Position numbers and translations under genes: made by a program
Part shown: piece by piece, positions 38,180 to 44,722 of the stretch
Position numbering within the stretch: the stretch's first letter is position 1
Layout of the letters: the number at the start of each line of letters is the position of its first letter
Notes under the pieces: generated by a model
What the model saw: only the letters and a program-made list of their open reading frames with translations
Databases searched by the model: none
What the model was told of the DNA's origin: nothing
Virus record (IMG/VR): IMGVR_UViG_3300024517_000002
DNA: 46,082 nucleotides
Source of the DNA: a virus
Reading direction: 5' to 3' (one strand)

Positions 38180-38911
38180 ATGCGCCTCTTCGTCGTTGTT
38201 CTCGCCCTCTCCCTTGGTGCTCACGCCCAGGGGCTGAGCATTCCTCCCCCGACCCTCCAAGGCGTAGACGTACCGCCCCCGGTCCTGGAGGCTGACCTCT
38301 ACTCTTCTTTAGGCCTTGGCGGCTTCTCAAGAGCCACCGTCTCCGGCCTCGGAACCATCGGCTACGTCGGACCGGCGGTAGTTCTTCCCGCGACGAGCGG
38401 CAACGGGGCTATCGGCGGGCTCTCCTCCGACTGGATGAACCGCAACGCGGCCACCGGCACGGTCCGCCGCATATCCGTGGAGTCCTTCACCGGCAACGGG
38501 GCATCAGCCGGGGATGCCGCCGGTGCCCTCGACGCCCTCGTAGAGAAGCACGCCGCCTGGTATCCGCCGAACTACACGCCGCCCGAGGCGTTCACCACCG
38601 GCAATAAGAAGCTGGGTCGATCGGGGCCAGGTCCCACGCGTACCATCCCGTGGGATTGGGAGGAGGTCACGTCGCTTCCCATCACCAACAACGAGGACGG
38701 TCAGGAGGGCGGGCTCGATGCCGGCTGGCTCCACGACCTCGACGGGGACGGGCCTCTGAAGCCGATCAACATGCGGGCCTGGGTCACACGCGGGACCGGA
38801 GAGTCCACCGTCGGCATGACCAAGCGGCTCGGCCGGATCGTCCGCGCGGCCATGAGGCGCTTTCCTCCCAACGTCAGCGGTACACCTCAGAACCCGGGCG
38901 GCGGCGGTTAG
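38180..38911 (+). CDS. Secreted protein (Sec signal, 243 aa)
   Basis: An internal ATG with GGGAGG 4 nt upstream. The signal is MRLFVVVLALSLGAHAQG. Confidence 0.6.
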   Translation: MRLFVVVLALSLGAHAQGLSIPPPTLQGVDVPPPVLEADLYSSLGLGGFSRATVSGLGTIGYVGPAVVLPATSGNGAIGGLSSDWMNRNAATGTVRRISVESFTGNGASAGDAAGALDALVEKHAAWYPPNYTPPEAFTTGNKKLGRSGPGPTRTIPWDWEEVTSLPITNNEDGQEGGLDAGWLHDLDGDGPLKPINMRAWVTRGTGESTVGMTKRLGRIVRAAMRRFPPNVSGTPQNPGGGG

Positions 38912-38960
38912 GACTTCCCCCGCCACCGGCAGCGCGAAACGCTCTCTCGCGTGAAATAGT

Positions 38961-39002
38961 AGAGGCCCCGCAGACCAGCATCTGCGGGGCCTCTTTCCGT
39001 TT
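38961..39002 (+). terminator. Intrinsic terminator
   Basis: 14-bp perfect stem agaggccccgcaga with tctgcggggcctct and loop ccagca, followed by a T-rich tail. Confidence 0.75.
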
Positions 39003-39182
39003 GAGAAGGTCGGACTCCGACAAACCCGCAGGAGGCTCGGAGGTTCGGAGCCCTACCTCTTTCGCGTCTTTACGTATCTAGCGCGCCGGGGAGGTGGCCC
39101 TTTCTGTGCATCTCGGTGCCCCTATCATCGGATGCTGAGCCGGGCCCGCTTGAATAAAAACCTCCTTTTCTTCGCCGATGCG

Positions 39183-39188
39183 TAGGGT
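39183..39188 (+). promoter_or_regulatory. -10-like TAGGGT, 12 nt upstream of GTG 39201
   Basis: Same hexamer as the leaderless set but with longer spacing, which implies a very short leader. Confidence 0.35.
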
Positions 39189-39200
39189 TACCGTCCCTTC

Positions 39201-40871
39201 GTGGCACGAGAAGGCAAGGTCGTACGCGTAGGGGGGAAACTCTTTCGCCAGAGTTATCAGCCCTATGGGGTTGCCCGTCAGCTCTGGCAAACCACCGAGC
39301 GGGAGATCCTCGCCGAGTCCGGGGCCGGCACGGGAAAGACGCGCTCAATCCTGGAGTGGGCTCGATGGGCCTGCGAGCGACACCCCGGCACGCGCGGCGT
39401 CTTCTCCAGGCTCACCAAGAAGTCGATGCGGGATACCGTGCTGCCCGAATGGGAGGACGTGGTACTCGGCCGGGGGCACCCCATGCTCCACGGGACGGCC
39501 TCCCGCATGCACCGGGAGAACTACATTCACCCCAACGGGTCGGAGATCATCCTTCACGAGCTCCAGAATCCCGATCGATTCCTTTCCGCACAGTATGACT
39601 TCTTCATAACCTTTCAGGGGGAAGAGGTCCCGAACGACGAGGTTTACCAGAAGGCCCTCACCCGACTCCGTAACGGGGTCCTTCCCCACCCACGCGCCAT
39701 CAACGACGTGAACCCAGGCGTCCAATCGCACTGGCTCAACGTCCGCGGAGATATCAAGCTCTGCCGCCCCTGCTACGACGGCCGCGGAGAGCCCGGGATC
39801 CCCCAGGTGGTCGAGATGGAGGTTTCCGGGGATATACCCACCTGCCCCCGCTGCCACTCCTTGGAGTACCGGCCCCAGCTCCTCCGCCTTCTCTACCGAC
39901 ACGAACACAACCCCCGGTGGTTTGACCAGGACGAGCGCGTCTGGACCCCCGCCGGCAAGGAGTATGTCTTCCTCACCCTGGGATCCCTCCGCGGGGTCCA
40001 GCGCGAACGCCTGCTAAAGCACCGGTGGGTTGCCGAGGAGGGGATCATTCTCGAGGAGTGGGACCCCAACATCCACTACGGGGGCGGCCAGCTCTTCCCC
40101 CCGGAAGCCGACCCCACGGAGAACGACTGCCCCCTCTGGCGCTTCCGCATGCCGGACGGAGAGACCTACACGTTCGAGTGGTTCGGCGCCGGCGTCGATT
40201 GGGGTTTCGTCGATCCTGGCGTCATCACGGTATGGGGCGTCACCGCGGCGCACGAGTACGTGCTCATTGAGGAGCATTGCTGCAGCGGGAAGCAGATCGA
40301 GTATTGGGCCACGCTCGCCGACCAGCTGCGAGCCAAGTACGGCATCCGCTGGTTTGCTTGCGACCCCTCCCGCCCCGACTTCATCGAGGCCTTCAACAAG
40401 AGGTTCGGCGGGAAGTTCACACGCGATGGGGCCTGCCACGCCCTCTCCGCAGACAACACGCTCCGCTCGAAGCCGAAGGCCAAGGGGAAGGACCTCGTGG
40501 GCGTGGACCTCATGCGGGAGGCCCTCATGGATGAATCCGGGGTCAGCCGGCTCTACGTGTGGGCCGACGCGGCCAGCCGGATCGACAAGGAGCGCAAGCG
40601 GTCAGGTCAGCCGGTGGTCTTCCGGGATGAACTCCTCCAGTGGACCTGGGCGAAGAACTCCGACGGGAAGACTCTCGAGAAGCCGGACCCCAACGCCGAG
40701 GACCACATCATGGACGCCACGCGGTACTTCCTGTCGCTGGCGTGGCTCACGCGCTACCGAAACTCAGACCGCGCCCTGAAGTACCTGCCGGGGACCGTGG
40801 GGCACGCCCTCAATTGGGAGGAGCGTCAGCGGAAGAAGCGCAAGGATCGACGCCGGAGACGTGGGGCGTGA
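39201..40871 (+). CDS. terL: Terminase large subunit
   Basis: Walker A is GAGTGKT. The C-terminal RNaseH-like nuclease motifs are GAGVDWGFVDPGVITVWG, WFACDPSRPDFIEAF and EDHIMDATRYFL. 556 aa. Confidence 0.85.
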   Translation: MAREGKVVRVGGKLFRQSYQPYGVARQLWQTTEREILAESGAGTGKTRSILEWARWACERHPGTRGVFSRLTKKSMRDTVLPEWEDVVLGRGHPMLHGTASRMHRENYIHPNGSEIILHELQNPDRFLSAQYDFFITFQGEEVPNDEVYQKALTRLRNGVLPHPRAINDVNPGVQSHWLNVRGDIKLCRPCYDGRGEPGIPQVVEMEVSGDIPTCPRCHSLEYRPQLLRLLYRHEHNPRWFDQDERVWTPAGKEYVFLTLGSLRGVQRERLLKHRWVAEEGIILEEWDPNIHYGGGQLFPPEADPTENDCPLWRFRMPDGETYTFEWFGAGVDWGFVDPGVITVWGVTAAHEYVLIEEHCCSGKQIEYWATLADQLRAKYGIRWFACDPSRPDFIEAFNKRFGGKFTRDGACHALSADNTLRSKPKAKGKDLVGVDLMREALMDESGVSRLYVWADAASRIDKERKRSGQPVVFRDELLQWTWAKNSDGKTLEKPDPNAEDHIMDATRYFLSLAWLTRYRNSDRALKYLPGTVGHALNWEERQRKKRKDRRRRRGA

Positions 40872-41061
40872 TCTCCACCCGGCGGTTCTCGAAGTCGGCT
40901 TGCACGTCGATATACCGCTTCTCGTTGTCCAGCTTCCACTCCAGCCGCGCCAGGTCCTTCCCCAGGCGCTGCTGATTCCTCAGCACCCGACTCAGGCGGG
41001 CCAGGCACGCCATGGCCAGCACGACGACGACTCCGACGAGTACACTACTTATTACGGGCAT
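40810..41061 (-). CDS. Membrane-anchored small protein (83 aa)
   Basis: Track ORF. The N-terminal TM is MPVISSVLVGVVVVLAMACLA. Its 3' end overlaps the terL 3' end by 62 nt. Confidence 0.45.
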   Translation of the reverse strand: MPVISSVLVGVVVVLAMACLARLSRVLRNQQRLGKDLARLEWKLDNEKRYIDVQADFENRRVEITPHVSGVDPCASSADAPPN

Positions 41062-41494
41062 CTCGCTTCCGTTCCTTTACGTGGAGGTTCTTCCGGGTCG
41101 AGCGTAGCCGCTCGTACTCGCGGTAATTGGGGTTCTTCCTGAGGTACAGCCTCGCGTACAGCCGTTTGCATTTCATGCAGACTCGCGCGCCGGTCTTCTT
41201 CACGTAGGTATTCTCCTCGGTGAACTCATGCCCCTTGCGGCAATGCGTCATTTCCGCCTTCAGCCGCACCTTGTGCTGGTATTGCTTCCAGGCCTTCGCC
41301 AGGTCCGGGTCGAGCTCCTCCAGGGTCGCCGACCACGTAGAGCTCTTCCCCGTCGTGAGACACATCCCCGCCATGATCACCGCCCAGCGCCAGCCCAGAT
41401 CCTGGCGCATCACCTGACGGAACACCGACTCCGTGGCGTGGTTCTCGTCGCGGACATCCCCGCCGCACCAACAGCAGGGGCGCTGCCCCGTCAA
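41045..41494 (-). CDS. Zn-finger protein (about 149 aa)
   Basis: TTG 41494 overlaps the upstream stop (TTGA). Contains CCWCGG and HCRKGHEFTEENTYVKKTGARVCMKCKR, the same module as the C-terminus of the HNH protein. Confidence 0.45.
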   Translation of the reverse strand: MTGQRPCCWCGGDVRDENHATESVFRQVMRQDLGWRWAVIMAGMCLTTGKSSTWSATLEELDPDLAKAWKQYQHKVRLKAEMTHCRKGHEFTEENTYVKKTGARVCMKCKRLYARLYLRKNPNYREYERLRSTRKNLHVKERKRDARNK

Positions 41495-41727
41495 GCCCCG
41501 GCCTTCTCGCGCCGACGAACCCTCGCCGCCTTGCACGGGTTGCACATCGCCTCCCTATGGGCCGGGCTACCCCCGGAGCACTTCCGGTCCGGGTAGAACT
41601 TCAGGCGCCGCCCGCACGCCGTCTTTGCCCAGAAGAGCCCCCCTCCCGCGTTCTCCAGCCGCTCGTCAAGCAGGTGGAAACGAAGCCTTGTCGTCGTGCT
41701 CATGTACCAGCGGTCCGACGCATTCAT
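41491..41727 (-). CDS. Cys-rich small protein (78 aa)
   Basis: Internal ATG (MNASDRWYMSTTT...), with GGAGG just upstream. Contains C...C...CNPC. Confidence 0.45.
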   Translation of the reverse strand: MNASDRWYMSTTTRLRFHLLDERLENAGGGLFWAKTACGRRLKFYPDRKCSGGSPAHREAMCNPCKAARVRRREKAGA

Positions 41728-41810
41728 GACCTCCAGCCTACACGAAAAAAGCCCCCGGTCCCCTCTTGCGAAGAAGGACCAGGGGCCAGCGCGAGCCAAC
41801 CCAACAGGCG

Positions 41811-42314
41811 CTACCTGCCCAGCCTAACGGCCCCGCTCTGATAATCAGCAACCATCGCCGCTGCGCATTCCGGCGTATTCACCCACATCCCAGCGGTGCC
41901 GGCATGCCAGAGACGGAAGCCCATCCCGCGGCGTTGCTCCGCCCAGCCGATAAGCGTGCCGGGTGCCCCCTCCACGGGGATCAGCACGGAATCGCTGTCC
42001 GCGGCCTCCAGCTCGGCAATCGCCGCCTGAACCGCCGCGAGGTGTGCCCCGCCGCGGATAGCGCGGGCTTCCTTGCTCCACGAGACCGAGACGAAAGTGT
42101 TCCCCCCGCTCAGGATGTCGCCGAACCCGTCGCGGTGGATTCGCTCCTGCCGCAGGGCGATAGCCTCGATCGCGGCATAGTCGGCCGTGGGGTCCTTCAC
42201 CCGTAGGTCGAGGCTCCCCGTGCTGCGGCAGGTCCGTACCGATACCTGACTCGCCTTCAGGCCCATTTCGTTTTTGAGATCCAGTCGGATCTGCGCTGCG
42301 TCTACTTTGCTCAT
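41811..42314 (-). CDS. Hypothetical protein (167 aa)
   Basis: Track ORF. The N-terminal pattern IRLDLKNEMGLKASQVSVR...LDLRV...DGFGD loosely resembles LPD-type domains of polyvalent phage proteins. This comes from memory only. Confidence 0.55.
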   Translation of the reverse strand: MSKVDAAQIRLDLKNEMGLKASQVSVRTCRSTGSLDLRVKDPTADYAAIEAIALRQERIHRDGFGDILSGGNTFVSVSWSKEARAIRGGAHLAAVQAAIAELEAADSDSVLIPVEGAPGTLIGWAEQRRGMGFRLWHAGTAGMWVNTPECAAAMVADYQSGAVRLGR

Positions 42315-42342
42315 GATTCCCCCCTGCTTGATGTTTGCTGGT

Positions 42343-42933
42343 CTACCGTCCCTCAGTCTCCCCCATCGGGATAATTACCCCGCGGGCTGAACCCTTCCCT
42401 GGAATTACCTGCACCGGAAGCCGCGTGCCCTCCCCGGGGTCCGATGGCGCCCACCGCAGCTCCACCACCTCGGCGGAGTCCAGGCCGCGGGCCAGCTCGA
42501 GAAGTTGCCGCGGACTGATCCTCAGCACGCAGTCGGCCTCGGTGGGCTTCACGACCAGGACGCCGAGGTTCACCGTGGGGGCCATGTCAGCACCGCCCAG
42601 CGCCCAGGTTCCCACGACCTCGGGCACCTGATGCTCGCGGACCTTCGACGCCTCGACGCGCCCCTGGTTCCCCACGCGGCGGATCCTCAGCTTGACGCCG
42701 TTACGCCGGTTCCCCTTCAGCAGGTCCCGGATAGCCACCGCGGGGATCAGATCCTCGTTCTCCAGGCCGTCCCCCTCCTCGAACTCCACGGCGATAATCG
42801 CGAGGATCTTCTTCCCGTCCGTGGCTCGAAGCTCCGCCGCCGTCCCCCCTGTCCTGTACTGGACAAACGCCGAGGGCTCCTCCTTGCCCCTCCCCGCCAC
42901 CTCGTGGATTTTGTGTCCGTGCTCTAGAAACAT
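42343..42933 (-). CDS. Hypothetical protein (196 aa); the C-terminus resembles a sliding-clamp C-terminal motif
   Basis: An internal ATG with AGGAGAAAGCG upstream. ISPRQLLELARGL..AEVVELRW...PVQVIP...ARGVIIPM resembles the last domain of DnaN-type clamps. The resemblance is weak. Confidence 0.5.
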   Translation of the reverse strand: MFLEHGHKIHEVAGRGKEEPSAFVQYRTGGTAAELRATDGKKILAIIAVEFEEGDGLENEDLIPAVAIRDLLKGNRRNGVKLRIRRVGNQGRVEASKVREHQVPEVVGTWALGGADMAPTVNLGVLVVKPTEADCVLRISPRQLLELARGLDSAEVVELRWAPSDPGEGTRLPVQVIPGKGSARGVIIPMGETEGR

Positions 42934-43006
42934 CGCTTTCTCCTGCTGGTATGTGGTTGTCGATCGCCGGGCTCGGCTCATGCGCCGGCCCGGGTCAAAG
43001 CCCCCA

Positions 43007-43156
43007 TCAGCCGGCCAGGGCCTGAGCCACAACCCCCATAGCCACGCGGCAGTCGATCGCGTTACCGATCAGACGCCCCGCCAGCTCCCGGCCATCCGGA
43101 AGCTGGTAACCATCGGGAAAGCTCATGCCCCGGCTCAATTCTACAGCCTCCAGTCG
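43007..43156 (-). pseudogene. C-terminal fragment of a second C5 DNA methyltransferase (motifs IX-X only)
   Basis: Manual translation reads RLEAVELSRGMSFPDGYQLPDGRELAGRLIGNAIDCRVAMGVVAQALAG*. No in-frame upstream catalytic domain exists, and this frame carries an upstream stop at 43256-43258. Confidence 0.45.
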
Positions 43157-43389
43157 GCCACGCGCCAGCCGCGGCCCCTGGAGCCGCCCAGGGCCCCGAG
43201 GACCACGCCGGCGCTGTTTGCCACGGTATCGATCTCCAGCACGTCCACGACCAGCTCAGGCCGGTAGTCACGCTTGGCGAGCGGCTTCGCCGGCCCCGTG
43301 ACGCGGAAGGCGTCCAACGCCCACAAGGTCCACCACAAGGGCGCCAACTTCCCCGACACCGTGCACACGATGCGCACGGCCGTCTTCAC
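43141..43389 (-). CDS. Questionable ORF (82 aa), possibly the out-of-frame upstream part of the methyltransferase fragment
   Basis: Track ORF with a GTG start. GC3 is high, but it shares third positions with the + strand ORF where they overlap. Confidence 0.3.
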   Translation of the reverse strand: MKTAVRIVCTVSGKLAPLWWTLWALDAFRVTGPAKPLAKRDYRPELVVDVLEIDTVANSAGVVLGALGGSRGRGWRVADWRL

Positions 43390-43609
43390 GCTCGCGCTTG
43401 CCCACGAGGCCCCCGTGTACCTTCTGAGCTACGAGGGACTCGTCCAGGACCCCGAGGCGGTCGGGCGGGACCTCTTCGAGTGGCTCAGCCTCCCGTGGGT
43501 GGCGTGGCCTGTGGAGGCGTACGCGAACCCTGAGACGCCGGAGCGGGGGCGTCTGTTCGACGGGAATCGGAAGTGGCTGGACGCGCGGTCTGGTGGCTCA
43601 ACAGGATGA
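43370..43609 (+). CDS. Lone + strand ORF (79-111 aa) with a sulfotransferase-C-terminus-like motif
   Basis: LLSYEGLVQDPEAVGRDLFEWLSLPW resembles the YEDL..DP....FLG region of sulfotransferases. GC3 is very high. It may start at TTG 43274. It overlaps the 3' tail of the sigma gene convergently. Confidence 0.4.
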   Translation: MRTAVFTLALAHEAPVYLLSYEGLVQDPEAVGRDLFEWLSLPWVAWPVEAYANPETPERGRLFDGNRKWLDARSGGSTG

Positions 43610-44171
43610 CGTATTCAGGATCGTCGATGTGCCTGCGCGCCCGGGTGTGCAGTCCACGCGCCGCGTGCCCCGAAGGCCGTGAGAGAACCGTGGCCACATC
43701 GCTCCAGGCCAGGTGAAAGAGCCCGCGTAGCATGAGCACCGAGCGCCCTTCGACCTCCTGGTTCCAGAGCAACTGACACCCCGGAGGCTTGAGGGCCACG
43801 AAGTTCTCGAAGTGCGGCACCAGGATCAATCCGAAATCGTCACCGGCCCCAGCGGTCTTCGTCCTCTTATCGTGCCCCTTGCGCGCACTCAGGAGGTGGT
43901 TGCGGGCTATGCCCAGAAGCCAGGCCCGAAAGCCCCGCTCGGTATCCGCGCGCATCGAGCGGATGGCCCCGAAGCAACAAACGACCGTATCCTGGAAGAC
44001 GTCCTCGGCATCCACTCCGTGCATCCCCATGCGCAGTGCGATGCCGCCGATTCCGGAAACGAGTGCGCGACGTGAGCGTGAGATCAGTCGCGCCAGAGCG
44101 TCTCCGTCCCCCAGACGGGCGAGCTCCAGGTCGAAGTTCAGGTCATTTAGTTTCTGTAGATTCTCTTTCAT
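43485..44171 (-). CDS. ECF-type RNA polymerase sigma factor (sigma-70 family)
   Basis: Region 2 is DAEDVFQDTVVCCFGAIRSMRADTERGFRAWLLGIARNHLLSARK. Region 4 is GRSVLMLRGLFHLAWSDVATVLSRPSGHAARGLHTRARRHI. ATG 44171 is ATGA-coupled to the upstream micro-ORF. The last 40 or so codons have low GC3. Confidence 0.7.
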   Translation of the reverse strand: MKENLQKLNDLNFDLELARLGDGDALARLISRSRRALVSGIGGIALRMGMHGVDAEDVFQDTVVCCFGAIRSMRADTERGFRAWLLGIARNHLLSARKGHDKRTKTAGAGDDFGLILVPHFENFVALKPPGCQLLWNQEVEGRSVLMLRGLFHLAWSDVATVLSRPSGHAARGLHTRARRHIDDPEYVILLSHQTARPATSDSRRTDAPAPASQGSRTPPQATPPTGG

Positions 44172-44254
44172 GCGTTTGCCATTATCCACATCATGATCAT
44201 GAACGGGCTGGCGGTGGGTCCGGAGATGACGATCACGTTGGTGTGGATTCTCAT
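44168..44254 (-). CDS. Micro-ORF (28 aa, MRIHTNVIVISGPTASPFMIMMWIMANA)
   Basis: ATGA-coupled at both ends. Confidence 0.3.
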   Translation of the reverse strand: MRIHTNVIVISGPTASPFMIMMWIMANA

Positions 44255-44397
44255 CGGGACCACCCCCACGAGACCGTCAGCCGCCAGGTGCCGAGGTGAA
44301 AGGCTACGTACTTGAGGCTCTCGCAGCGGGTGAACACGTTCTGGAAGATGCCGAGGGCCGTCTGGCCCTTCACGCGGCGTTGGAAGTGGACTCTCAT
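44251..44397 (-). CDS. Micro-ORF (48 aa, MRVHFQRRVKGQTALGIFQNVF...)
   Basis: ATGA-coupled at both ends. Its start context tcccgATGAGAgtccac duplicates that of the 28-aa ORF. Confidence 0.35.
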   Translation of the reverse strand: MRVHFQRRVKGQTALGIFQNVFTRCESLKYVAFHLGTWRLTVSWGWSR

Positions 44398-44585
44398 CGG
44401 GAGGCCCCCTCGCGGTACGTAGCCACGCGGACCCTCACGCGGACCTCGATTTCAAGCTCCGCGGCGAACAGCTGACGGCACTCGTCAGCGGCGAACGCGG
44501 CGGACTCCGGCGAATCGCAGCGGTCGAAGCCGACCCATTCCCCGGTCTGGTCCTGAAATTCAACGACCCATTCTTCTACGGTCAT
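44394..44585 (-). CDS. Acidic small protein (63 aa)
   Basis: An internal ATG of track ORF 44394..44636, with GAGAGGGAAAGCC upstream. It is the first gene of the reverse operon. Confidence 0.5.
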   Translation of the reverse strand: MTVEEWVVEFQDQTGEWVGFDRCDSPESAAFAADECRQLFAAELEIEVRVRVRVATYREGASR

Positions 44586-44687
44586 CTGGCTTTCCCTCTC
44601 AAGGTCGGGCACAAAGCGGATTGCTGGGGCCCTCACACCCGATATCGGCCCCCGCCACCTCCAACCTGAGCCCCTTCTGCGGATTCC

Positions 44688-44716
44688 TTGAAATTCCCAC
44701 GGGTTCGCCCTACGGT
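44688..44716 (+). promoter_or_regulatory. Promoter-like TTGAAA-N17-TACGGT, 6 nt upstream of the portal ATG 44723
   Basis: The -35 element is at 44688-44693, the spacer is 17 nt, and the -10 element is at 44711-44716. Six C residues follow, then ATG. Confidence 0.55.
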
Positions 44717-44722
44717 CCCCCC

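Noticed and set aside
39070-39348. A reverse-strand 92-aa ORF and a strong AAGGAGG on the minus strand (complement of about 39161-39167) upstream of terL.
   Set aside because: No start codon lies at a usable distance after the AAGGAGG. The ORF translation is R/P/G-rich and overlaps the terL 5' end. The AT-richer stretch is more likely promoter or packaging-signal DNA for terL.
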